The position numbers and the translations under genes were made by a program. Positions 14,793 through 23,263 of a stretch of DNA of 24,020 nt are shown here, piece by piece (within the stretch, counting starts at the first letter, position 1; each line of letters begins with the position of its first letter). Location: the IMG/VR virus record IMGVR_UViG_3300010222_000017, positions 1 to 24,020 of that record. One strand, 5' to 3'. Under the pieces are notes generated by a model. It worked only from the letters and a program-made list of their open reading frames with translations. It was not told the DNA's origin and did not search any database. This DNA comes from a virus. Its lineage: Duplodnaviria > Caudoviricetes.

Positions 14793-16049
14793 ATGAGTGA
14801 TCCCGAACAAGCATTACAGAAGACCGGAGGGGATAGCGCTCCGGTACGACAGGCCGACTTCACGCCTCGGTCGATGCAGGAGCTACAGCGATTCGCCGAG
14901 ACGGTCTCACAATCAAAGATGGTCCCGAAGAAGTATCGGGGCCAACCGCAGGATGTTGTCGTCGCCGTGATGCACGGCATGGAATTGGGCCTCCCTCCTC
15001 TTCAGGCGCTCCAGTCCGTCGCGGTGATCAACGGGCGCCCCAGCATCTATGGAGACGCCGCGTTGGCCGTAGTCCGGCGGAGCGGCCTCCTGGCCGACAT
15101 CGAAGAGTGGACGGAAGGCGCCGGAAGTGATATGACTGCCTACTGCCGTGTCATTCGTGCTGACAGTGGCGAGGAGATCCAGCAGAGCTTCTCTTGGAGC
15201 GAAGCCGAACAAGCTGGATTGGCCCAAAAGGGCGGTCCGTGGCAAGATTATCCGCGCCGAATGATGCAAATGCGGGCCCGTTCGTGGTGCCTCCGGGACG
15301 CTTTCCCGGAGGTGCTGAAGGGCATGATGCTCGCGGAGGAAGCAGAGGCGATCCCACAGTCAAATGGGCAGACCATTGATCCGAAAGGCGAGATGGAGCG
15401 CCCCGACGGCCACACGCCGGAAATAGTCGAATGGCAATCGCCACACGGGCAGGTCTACGAGATCCCGCCCGGCAAAAAAGCATCTCTTCAGAACGCCAGC
15501 GAGGCATTGGAAAAAGAAGACGGTGCTGATCTCGGAGCAAAGATTGAGCAGATTCGCGGAGCCTGGGACTGGGATGGGGAAGCTGATACGGCACTGGACA
15601 GCTTGCTCGCTTACCATGAGCTGCACTTGGCTAACCAGCAAGACCAGAAGGCCGAAGAGGCCGCCGCCGAAACGGGAGAGCCCACGCCCTATGACGGTCC
15701 GCAAGATGCGCTCGAAGCCAACTTCGACACGGCGTGGGCCGAGGGCAACGAGGGCCTTGAGCCGATCTCTGAGGCGCAGCTGGAGCGGATGTATGCCATC
15801 GCGGACGACAACGATTGGGACGAGGCCGCCCTGAACCGGCTTGTGAAGGACGAACTCGGGTACGATTCGAAAAAGGATGTGCCCTACGGCGACCCCTATG
15901 AAGAGATCTGCGCGGCCCTTGAAGACGAGCGCCTGCGCTACCACATCAGCCGCGATCCGGATACGCCGGATATGTTTGAGGAGAGCGCCGACGAAGAGGA
16001 AGCCAACCACCCCGAGTTTGAAGACGCCAACGGAGACCTGCCCTTTTAA
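14793..16049 (+). CDS. recT: RecT/Redbeta-family single-strand annealing protein with long acidic C-terminus
   Basis: GMELGLPPLQALQSVAVINGRPSIYGDA...WQDYPRRMMQMRARSWCLRDAFPEVLKG; ends in DLPF. Confidence 0.85.
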   Translation: MSDPEQALQKTGGDSAPVRQADFTPRSMQELQRFAETVSQSKMVPKKYRGQPQDVVVAVMHGMELGLPPLQALQSVAVINGRPSIYGDAALAVVRRSGLLADIEEWTEGAGSDMTAYCRVIRADSGEEIQQSFSWSEAEQAGLAQKGGPWQDYPRRMMQMRARSWCLRDAFPEVLKGMMLAEEAEAIPQSNGQTIDPKGEMERPDGHTPEIVEWQSPHGQVYEIPPGKKASLQNASEALEKEDGADLGAKIEQIRGAWDWDGEADTALDSLLAYHELHLANQQDQKAEEAAAETGEPTPYDGPQDALEANFDTAWAEGNEGLEPISEAQLERMYAIADDNDWDEAALNRLVKDELGYDSKKDVPYGDPYEEICAALEDERLRYHISRDPDTPDMFEESADEEEANHPEFEDANGDLPF

Positions 16050-16052
16050 CCC

Positions 16053-16574
16053 ATGCCTGATCTCACTCGCGACTTAACGGAAACGCAGTCCGGCCGCTAC
16101 CGCTGCCCCTGGTGCGATGCGCGAAGAGGACTTGCCTTTGATTCGGATCAGGGAGATAGCGGAGTATGGCACTGCTTCTCGTGCCAGCGCGGTGGGGATG
16201 GGGTGGAGCTCTACACGGAGCTGCGCAATGCCGACCTCGCCGATGCGCTAGGCGCCTTCGGCATCGACCGGTCGGGGTACTCCAGCGAGGCAAAAAAGAA
16301 GGAGAGCCGCGCCCCGAAGCCGACCCTACCAGAATACAGCGATGCGGAATGGAAGGAGCGGTGTCGGGTGTGGAAAGCGATGACCGTGGAGGAAGCCCGC
16401 CTGCGAACGGCGTATAAGCAAAAGCGCACTGAGGCGCGAGAAGCCCGCGACCGGGACGCTTTCGACCATTGGCAAAAAAAGATTGACGACCTACGCGAAC
16501 ACGTGCTCCGTCGAGAGAGGGTGGGGCACCAGAAAGCACAACGATTCGACGCGAATACACAGCACTTAGACTGA
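16053..16574 (+). CDS. Stand-alone primase-type zinc-binding domain protein (CHC2-like)
   Basis: CPWC...WHCFSCQRGGDGVEL...LADAL; no TOPRIM domain. Confidence 0.75.
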   Translation: MPDLTRDLTETQSGRYRCPWCDARRGLAFDSDQGDSGVWHCFSCQRGGDGVELYTELRNADLADALGAFGIDRSGYSSEAKKKESRAPKPTLPEYSDAEWKERCRVWKAMTVEEARLRTAYKQKRTEAREARDRDAFDHWQKKIDDLREHVLRRERVGHQKAQRFDANTQHLD

Positions 16575-17068
16575 TGGGATACGTCTACATAATCGCAGCA
16601 AAGAACACTGATCTGCATAAGATTGGCATCACGTCACGCCCTCCTAAAACCCGTCTATCTGAGTTACAGACAAGCTGTCCGCATGAGCTTATATTGGGGC
16701 CAAGTTTTGAGATGGAAAGCCCACAAAAGGCAGAGGGGATTATTCATGATCTACTTTCAGATTATCGAACCACTGGGGAATGGTTTGAGCTTCCTGACCG
16801 GAAAGTAATGTTCGCATGCAAAAAGATTAAAGAATTAAAAGAGCGTCAGCACCTTTTTCAAATAAGCCAGTACCTACAAGCCATATCTGAACTCAAGTAT
16901 GGAGTTAGCGCAGTTGCTTATTCTATAATCTTTAGATTTATCACGATGGCAGAACCTTGCCAGATAGTTAAGTCTCTTATTAAGAGCAATGTTTTAGAAG
17001 ACTCGACTAGGCGAAAGTTACAGGCCAAACTCCAAAATAGTGCTGAACCAGTAGAATCACCATTTTAG
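16574..17068 (+). CDS. GIY-YIG nuclease superfamily protein (T5orf172/MUG113-like)
   Basis: GYVYII...KIGIT...RLSELQTSCP...EGIIH...GEWF; markedly AT-rich. Confidence 0.85.
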   Translation: MGYVYIIAAKNTDLHKIGITSRPPKTRLSELQTSCPHELILGPSFEMESPQKAEGIIHDLLSDYRTTGEWFELPDRKVMFACKKIKELKERQHLFQISQYLQAISELKYGVSAVAYSIIFRFITMAEPCQIVKSLIKSNVLEDSTRRKLQAKLQNSAEPVESPF

Positions 17069-17070
17069 TC

Positions 17071-17775
17071 ATGGAATTTGATGTCCGCGATACTCGCAAC
17101 AGTAACTGGCTCTGGATGCGACGTGAACTCGTCAGGGAGGACGGAGATGAGCTTGGGGCCTATGGGATCGCAGTTTATGCCACTCTGGCATCATACGCCG
17201 ATGAGTCGAACACTGCGTACCCAAGTTTAGGGTCTGTTGCTGACATGATTGGTTGCTCTCGGCGTCAAGTGCAACGTGAGATCAAAACGCTGAAGTCGTT
17301 GGGATGGATTGGGTACGAGAAGCGAAGCAAAGATAGTGGCGGCTACACTTCACATTTGTTTTACCTGCTGGAGTGCCCTTATGACTCACAGTCTGATGGG
17401 GGTGTGACTGACAGTCTACCCCCATCAGACTCACAGTCACACAAAGTAGAGAGAAAAGAAGTATCTCACAGTAATAGCGCGGGCGCGAGGGATTCTGATG
17501 CGGTTCAGGCCTACGAAGACGTATTCGCAAGGCAGCTCAAGCCCAATCAGGCTGAGGAGGTTCACGAAAATGTGGACGACATTGATCTCTGGCGTGCTGT
17601 GCTGAAGTGGTGGAACATGAACGACTATCGTGCCAAGTCCGTCGGTCGCATGCTCAACAAGTACCGCCAGACTGATGGCGAAGCGGACTTATACCAGACG
17701 CGAGGCGACGGTGCACCGAGCCAGTCCGAGCACGTCTACTCAAAGCCCACGAACGGAAAGGCCGCGACGCGATGA
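17071..17775 (+). CDS. Phage replication initiator (N-terminal wHTH, HTH_36-like)
   Basis: AVYATLASYA...AYPSLGSVADMIGCSRRQVQREIKTLKSLGWI; internal iterons; upstream of dnaB. Confidence 0.85.
   Translation: MEFDVRDTRNSNWLWMRRELVREDGDELGAYGIAVYATLASYADESNTAYPSLGSVADMIGCSRRQVQREIKTLKSLGWIGYEKRSKDSGGYTSHLFYLLECPYDSQSDGGVTDSLPPSDSQSHKVERKEVSHSNSAGARDSDAVQAYEDVFARQLKPNQAEEVHENVDDIDLWRAVLKWWNMNDYRAKSVGRMLNKYRQTDGEADLYQTRGDGAPSQSEHVYSKPTNGKAATR
17383..17472. repeat. Putative replication origin: iterons inside the initiator gene
   Basis: GACTSACAGTC at 17383, 17406 and 17428, partial CTCACAGT at 17465; perfect 13-bp inverted repeat at 17391-17403 / 17418-17430; purine-rich tract follows. Confidence 0.75.
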
Positions 17776-17930
17776 TCCTCCGCGACTGCGATACATGCGA
17801 GCGCTTCACAGATCACATCCGCCGCCAGTGGGCGGAGACCGATAGCGGCGACCCTGTAATCCAGACCGAATACACCTGCACTGACTGCGGGACTGTCATT
17901 ACCAAAAGCCAGCAGTTCGATGGCGATTGA
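17772..17930 (+). CDS. Zn-ribbon microprotein (52 aa)
   Basis: Translated by hand: MILRDCDTCERFTDH...EYTCTDCGTVITKSQQFDGD; ATGA overlap upstream and overlaps the dnaB start. Confidence 0.75.
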   Translation: MILRDCDTCERFTDHIRRQWAETDSGDPVIQTEYTCTDCGTVITKSQQFDGD

Positions 17931-19272
17931 CTACCCGACCGCACATGACGAGGAGGCCCTTTGCCTGTCGGCGCTGATGCGCTGTGGCGGTGGCCTGCGG
18001 AAGCGAGCAAAGCGGGCCCTCAAGCCCGAGATGTTCGACCGCTACCGCGATTTGGCTCGCGTGGTGCTGGCCACCGATGGGCGCCCGGACGAGGATACCG
18101 TAGCGGCCCGATACGACGGCGACAAGCTGGAGGAGGTGACCGGCCTCCGCCCCGTGCCCAAAAACCTGTTCGCGGGCCGCGGCGATAAGCCCGGGTACGT
18201 CGAGCAAGTGCGGCAAGCCTACGGCTCGTGCCGCACGCTGGAGAAGCTCTACGACCTCGCTGCCGACGTGACGGGCAGCGACTACGCGAGCGTCATTGAG
18301 CGTGCCCAGCAGGACCTCACCGACGTGAGCGCCGAGCTGAACCGTGGGGGCGGGCCGAGTATGACGACGCTGTGCAAGGGCGTTCTGCAAGACCTAGAAG
18401 ACGAGCAGGGACAAACAGTTACGGGCATTCCAAGCGGCTTCCCGCTTTTAGACGACAAGACGAAGGGGTGGCAAGACGGAGACCTGATCATCCCATTCGG
18501 GTCAACCTCCATGGGTAAGACAAGCCTATCGCTCTGCTTCGCCCTCAACGCCGCGAAGGAGGGATATAACGCCGTTATTCACTCCCTAGAGATGCCCGCC
18601 AAACAGCTTACGCGCCGCCTGGTCCAGATGGAAGCGCGGGTCAATCTCCGGCAGACGACGATCCCTGAAAGCGAAATGGATCGCGTTGTGGAGGCGTCCG
18701 CGACGCTGGCGGGCCTTCCCCTGATCGTGCGCGAAGCGTCGGCCTTAGACCCGCTCACGCACAGGAGCAGGCTCCGCCACCTCAATCACGAGCATGGCAT
18801 TGACTTGGCCGTGGTCGATTACCTGCAAGAGATGCGCTCCTCTGACTGGGCGGAAACGAAGCACGACGAAGTGCACGCCGTCGCCTCCGGGCTGAAAGAC
18901 ACGGCGATTGAGCTGGACATCCCAGTGATCTGTCCGTCGCAGACCAGCCGGGCCCCGGACAACCGAAGCGGGTCGAAGCGTCCCAACCTATCGGATCTAC
19001 GCGAGGCTGGGGAGGAGCCTGCGGACACCGCGCTCGGGATCTATCGCCCGGAATACTACGGAATCACACATGACGACGCAGGCGAGCCGACAGAAGGGAA
19101 GGCTGAAATCACCGTCGCTAAGCAACGAAACGGCGAGGCCGGAGCGATGATCAGCCTCGCTTTCGTCGAAGAGCACGCCGCTTTTGAGTCGCTGGACAAG
19201 CGCTCTGGGCCCGCCCAAGCGAATGCTCGGGGCGATGGTGCCCCAGCCACCGAAAACGACGCGCCCTTTTGA
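17920..19272 (+). CDS. dnaB: Replicative DNA helicase
   Basis: TGIPSGF..LD, GSTSMGKT (Walker A), SLEM, VVDYLQ (Walker B), SQTSR, RPNLSDLRE, AKQRNG. Confidence 0.95.
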   Translation: MAIDYPTAHDEEALCLSALMRCGGGLRKRAKRALKPEMFDRYRDLARVVLATDGRPDEDTVAARYDGDKLEEVTGLRPVPKNLFAGRGDKPGYVEQVRQAYGSCRTLEKLYDLAADVTGSDYASVIERAQQDLTDVSAELNRGGGPSMTTLCKGVLQDLEDEQGQTVTGIPSGFPLLDDKTKGWQDGDLIIPFGSTSMGKTSLSLCFALNAAKEGYNAVIHSLEMPAKQLTRRLVQMEARVNLRQTTIPESEMDRVVEASATLAGLPLIVREASALDPLTHRSRLRHLNHEHGIDLAVVDYLQEMRSSDWAETKHDEVHAVASGLKDTAIELDIPVICPSQTSRAPDNRSGSKRPNLSDLREAGEEPADTALGIYRPEYYGITHDDAGEPTEGKAEITVAKQRNGEAGAMISLAFVEEHAAFESLDKRSGPAQANARGDGAPATENDAPF

Positions 19273-19289
19273 TCCAACCTAACTCCGCT

Positions 19290-19730
19290 ATGAGCACCTA
19301 CACACTGTCCGACGCCCAAAGGAATGATCGCTTTCTGGTGGCCTTGTCCAGCAAGAAGAATATCTATCTCGCGGGTCCCATTGGCCAGTGTTCTGACGAA
19401 GAGGCGATGTCTTGGCGCGAAAAAGCGAAGCACGCCTTAGTGGGCCATTACGACATCTTGGACCCGATGCGTCGCGATTACAGGGGGCAATCGGAAGCCC
19501 CCGCGGAAGAGATTGTCACCGGAGACCTCAAGGACATAAAACATAGCGATGTGCTCCTCGCAAATGCCTGGAAGCCCAGTGTAGGCACGAGCATGGAAAT
19601 CTGGATTGCGTCGCAGCAACCCAACACGAAGGTAGTTGTCATTGCCCCTGAACGGTGCTCTCCGTGGCACCGATACTGCGCCGACGGGGTGGTCTCTAGC
19701 TTGCAGGATGCATACGGATTGCTGATATGA
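19290..19730 (+). CDS. Nucleoside 2'-deoxyribosyltransferase / nucleotide N-hydrolase family protein
   Basis: IYLAGPI...WRE...LDPMR...DLKDIKHSDVLL...SVGTSMEI (catalytic Glu). Confidence 0.88.
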   Translation: MSTYTLSDAQRNDRFLVALSSKKNIYLAGPIGQCSDEEAMSWREKAKHALVGHYDILDPMRRDYRGQSEAPAEEIVTGDLKDIKHSDVLLANAWKPSVGTSMEIWIASQQPNTKVVVIAPERCSPWHRYCADGVVSSLQDAYGLLI

Positions 19731-20641
19731 GATTTTTCGTTGGGTGGCATCATCCGACCAGAGCACACAAGGTGGGTAGGCCACACATGCTTAGCGCAAA
19801 TGCCCTGCGCCGGCTCAGCGAGGACTACTCGCTTCCAATCGGGGAGGGGGATCGGTGGATGATGGACTCCGGGGCCTTTAGCCAGATTTCCGGCGAGGCC
19901 GGGTTCTACCAGAGCCCTGCCGAATATGCGATCGAGATTCATCGGTGGTGCCGGTTTGGCACACTCGTGGCTGCGGTCACGCAGGACTACATGTGCGAGC
20001 CTCACATTCTACACCAGCTCGATACCAACGCCAAAGAGCAGCAAGAGCGGACTGTCAAGCGCTACGATGAAATACTCGGGCACCTCTCTCGTCTCGGGAC
20101 GGACACGCATTTGATGCCAGTCCTTCAGGGGTGGGAGCCCCGCCACTATAAGCGGCACTTGGAGATGTATGGCGATCGTCTCACGGAAGACATGTGGGTC
20201 GGGGTCGGGTCGATCTGCAAGCGGAACAGCAGTCCAGCGGACGTAGAGAAAGTGCTTTCTGCAATTACAGACCGCCGCCCCGACCTCCGTCTGCACGGCT
20301 TTGGGATTAAGACCACTGCTCTGCGGCGCAATCCGGTGACCAAGATTTGCGGCACCTCAGGGGAGTGTCTCTGCGGCGCTTTTGATGAAGACGGGCAGGC
20401 CCTTGATGAGCTCAAAGCGCAGTGCAACCTGCTTGGTGAGATGGACCTGTACGAGCGCATCATCTCCCTGCAAGAGGAGGTTTTTGAGGAGTATCCGTGG
20501 CGGTATGATGGGCGTCCCCCGCATTGGTTTGCAGAGGCGCGGAAGGGGCAGATGGCCCTTGAGGGACTGCCCCGATCAGACGATCAAAACCGGGTGGCAC
20601 AGCGGATGTGCGTCGGCTGCGGTAAGCAATCAGTTCAGTAA
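19727..20641 (+). CDS. DpdA/TGT-like base-exchange transglycosylase N-terminal ~200 aa fused to a Cys-rich PAPS-reductase-like C-terminus
   Basis: MDSGAFS, QDYMCEP, PVLQGW, GVGSICKR, LHGFGIK, then an abrupt switch to NPV...SGECLCGAF...MCVGCG. Confidence 0.75.
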   Translation: MRFFVGWHHPTRAHKVGRPHMLSANALRRLSEDYSLPIGEGDRWMMDSGAFSQISGEAGFYQSPAEYAIEIHRWCRFGTLVAAVTQDYMCEPHILHQLDTNAKEQQERTVKRYDEILGHLSRLGTDTHLMPVLQGWEPRHYKRHLEMYGDRLTEDMWVGVGSICKRNSSPADVEKVLSAITDRRPDLRLHGFGIKTTALRRNPVTKICGTSGECLCGAFDEDGQALDELKAQCNLLGEMDLYERIISLQEEVFEEYPWRYDGRPPHWFAEARKGQMALEGLPRSDDQNRVAQRMCVGCGKQSVQ

Positions 20642-20656
20642 ATTAAGGCACACCAC

Positions 20657-21034
20657 ATGACTTCAATCTATCTCGCAGGCGGAATGCAAACCGACTGGCG
20701 CGACCAGGTGCGCGAGCGGGTAGATGCACAGTTCTACGACCCCACAGACCATTGGCTTGATTCCTTGGAGGAGTACGGGCAGTGGGACCTGCACCACGTA
20801 GCCTCAGCAGATGTGCTCTTCTGCTACATCGAGCGGGACAACCCAAGCTGCCTCGGCGCCGCAGTTGAGGCGGGGTATGCTGCCGGACAGGGCACCCTCG
20901 TTGTGCTGGTGCGGGAGCGAAGACACGAGCATTTCCCGGACGAAAAGGTCGCGTTCTTAGAGGCGGTGGCAGACGTTAGCTTCGCTGATCTCGACGACGG
21001 AATTGAGTACTTACTTCACTTTGAACCTGAATGA
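20657..21034 (+). CDS. Second nucleoside 2'-deoxyribosyltransferase-like protein
   Basis: IYLAGGM..DWRDQV..YDP...WDLHHVASADVLF...LGAAVEAGYA. Confidence 0.85.
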   Translation: MTSIYLAGGMQTDWRDQVRERVDAQFYDPTDHWLDSLEEYGQWDLHHVASADVLFCYIERDNPSCLGAAVEAGYAAGQGTLVVLVRERRHEHFPDEKVAFLEAVADVSFADLDDGIEYLLHFEPE

Positions 21035-21243
21035 GAGCCATGCCCCTGACCTCGAACCAACGCGCCTACGCCGCCGCCTATCAGACCGCCCTCGTCGTCG
21101 AGGATGAGGACGAGCCAAACCCCACAGCCTTCGGCATCACCGAAGGCCACGCCGAGATGCTGCAGATCCGCGTCGAGAAGGGCACTGTCGATTTCAGCGA
21201 CGTGCCCGAGATGCTCCGGCCTCCCGAATTCGAAACTGACTGA
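21031..21243 (+). CDS. Acidic hypothetical protein (~70 aa)
   Basis: ATGA overlap with the NDT stop (alternative start 21040). Confidence 0.6.
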   Translation: MRAMPLTSNQRAYAAAYQTALVVEDEDEPNPTAFGITEGHAEMLQIRVEKGTVDFSDVPEMLRPPEFETD

Positions 21244-21244
21244 T

Positions 21245-21610
21245 ATGCCTTTTGAGCGCAGCCGCTACCCGGACGACTGGGACCAAATATCAGACCGCAT
21301 CCGCTTCGGTCGTGCCGGTGGTCGGTGCGAGTGTGAGGGGCAGTGTGGCGACAAGCACCCTGAAGGACGGTGCATTGCCCGGCATGGAGAGCCGCACCCC
21401 GTGACCGGCTCGGAGGTCATCCTCACCGTTGCGCACTGGCCGGATGACGACCCACAGAACACGGACCTCGACAACCTTTGGGCGATGTGTCAGCTTTGCC
21501 ACCTGTCAGTTGACGCGCGCAAGCACCAGCGAAGCCGAAAGTACGGCCGTCACCATAATCGCGAACATCAGCTTGAACTCAAACTCGGCCAATCCAATCG
21601 CTCCAACTGA
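21245..21610 (+). CDS. HNH-type (Zn-binding) endonuclease-like protein (121 aa)
   Basis: RYPDDW..IS.RIRF.RAGGRCEC...VILTVAH...PQN..LDNL.AMCQLCHL. Start reassigned to ATG 21245. Confidence 0.8.
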   Translation: MPFERSRYPDDWDQISDRIRFGRAGGRCECEGQCGDKHPEGRCIARHGEPHPVTGSEVILTVAHWPDDDPQNTDLDNLWAMCQLCHLSVDARKHQRSRKYGRHHNREHQLELKLGQSNRSN

Positions 21611-21616
21611 TAAGTA

Positions 21617-22531
21617 ATGCCTAACCGGATCGTAAAGACACACATTGAGAACGGCCATGCCAGCCAAGTGGCCCAGACCGTCGTCGCGGAGTATCAGTCC
21701 ATCCGCGACGCAGAGGGGGAGATCGAAGATGCGCAGATCAAGGCCCTCTACGCCCGCTACGAGTGGGGCCGGGCGCTGTGTAATGCCGTTACAGACGTTG
21801 AGGCGACGCAGACGGATTTCTGCAAGGAGATCGCTGCGCGGTTGGACAAGTCCGAGAGCTACGTCCAGCATCATCTGCGCTTCGCGAGGGCATGCGTAGA
21901 GGAGCACGCCGATTTTGCGCCCCCCGTGGCGGGCTACATCGCGCACTCCCACGACCAGGGCCGGAAGCTCACGTGGAGCGCGGCGATTCGGTGGATGTCA
22001 TCATCAACCGATCAGGACACTGATGAGGAGAGTGAAGAAGTCCATCACGCGATGAAAGAAGTAGAGCGCCGAATGGAGGCGCTTGAGGAGGCGGCTGAGG
22101 ACCTCTCAGAGCAGTACCTGGATCAAGCCGACTCCTTGGACGCAGGCGAGCGCGAGGCCGTAGAGGGTGTCCTCACGCGGGCGAGGCAAGCCCTGCAGGA
22201 CGAGCGTCACCGGATGGAGACGCTGCCGATTGAGGACGAGGAGCGCGTGGAGTGCGAGCCATACCGGCGGTGGGTGGCTGACCACGCGTGCTGCCACTGC
22301 GGCGTAATCAACGACACGCTGGTAATGCACCACCCGGAGCACGTGTACACAGACGACGGGGGCCACGCGACCAAGATTTCTGATTTCTTGGGAGTCCCGT
22401 TGTGCTTTGATTGCCATCAGAAAGCGGAGGGCCCGGAGGAGCGCTTCTGGGAACAGTCTCAATCTGATCCGCGAGAGGTTGCGGCACGGCTCCAGTCAGA
22501 GTGGAACGCTAAGCTTACACAGACCCAATAG
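21617..22531 (+). CDS. Helical/HTH N-terminal region fused to a DUF968-like (HNH-related) C-terminal domain
   Basis: YRRWVADHACCHCG...HH...TKISDFLGVPLCFDCH; HTH-like EIAARLDKSESYVQHHLRFA. Confidence 0.65.
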   Translation: MPNRIVKTHIENGHASQVAQTVVAEYQSIRDAEGEIEDAQIKALYARYEWGRALCNAVTDVEATQTDFCKEIAARLDKSESYVQHHLRFARACVEEHADFAPPVAGYIAHSHDQGRKLTWSAAIRWMSSSTDQDTDEESEEVHHAMKEVERRMEALEEAAEDLSEQYLDQADSLDAGEREAVEGVLTRARQALQDERHRMETLPIEDEERVECEPYRRWVADHACCHCGVINDTLVMHHPEHVYTDDGGHATKISDFLGVPLCFDCHQKAEGPEERFWEQSQSDPREVAARLQSEWNAKLTQTQ

Positions 22532-22535
22532 CACC

Positions 22536-23261
22536 ATGCCAGCTACCGAAGAGCAGACGGAGGAGCGCCCGATCATCTTTAGCGGGTGGTCCATCCGTCG
22601 CATCTTGACAGGAGAAAAGTCGCAAACGCGACGGATCCTGAAGCCGCAGCCCGATCACGTTCTCCACGAAGGTAAGACTGCTGTAGTTGAAAGCCCAATC
22701 GAAGTCGTAGAGGATGGGCACTCAGTTGAAAAGACCCACGCCGACAACGGGAGTGTCTTTGTTGACGAGATCGAGTGCCCCTACGGGCGGCCCGGAAGTG
22801 TGCTGTGGGTGCGGGAGGCGTTTCGATTGCCAGCGGGCATGGACCACCTCAGTCCGAGCGAGTATCTTGCGGAAACGTCGGATGCGGTGGGCGCGGGGGC
22901 TCCGATTTGCCGATATGAGGCGGATGGAGCGTTCTTTCGTGAGCCTGAGCTGGAGATGGCCTACGAGCGTGATGCATGGGGCCGCAAGCGTCCATCCATC
23001 TTCATGCCCCGCGAGCTTTGCCGCCTGCGACTCCGCGTAGAGGATGTGCGGGTGGAGCGTTTGCATGAGATCAGTGAAGATGATGCAATGGCGGAAGGTG
23101 TGGTGCCAGTCAGGCGACAGAGCACAAGCGTACACGGTGGCACTATCACCAGTGCGTCCGTGGCTTTTAAGGATCTCTGGAAAGAGATTCACGGCGACGG
23201 CGCGTGGGAAGAGAATCCGCACGTTTGGGCTGTAGAGTTTTCCAAAATCGATACTGAGTAG
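22536..23261 (+). CDS. ASCH/PUA-like phage protein (241 aa)
   Basis: PIIFS...ILTGEKSQTRR...CPYG.PG..LWVRE...PSIFMPR...VRVERL..IS..DA.AEG...W..NPHVWAVEF. Confidence 0.8.
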   Translation: MPATEEQTEERPIIFSGWSIRRILTGEKSQTRRILKPQPDHVLHEGKTAVVESPIEVVEDGHSVEKTHADNGSVFVDEIECPYGRPGSVLWVREAFRLPAGMDHLSPSEYLAETSDAVGAGAPICRYEADGAFFREPELEMAYERDAWGRKRPSIFMPRELCRLRLRVEDVRVERLHEISEDDAMAEGVVPVRRQSTSVHGGTITSASVAFKDLWKEIHGDGAWEENPHVWAVEFSKIDTE

Positions 23262-23263
23262 CC

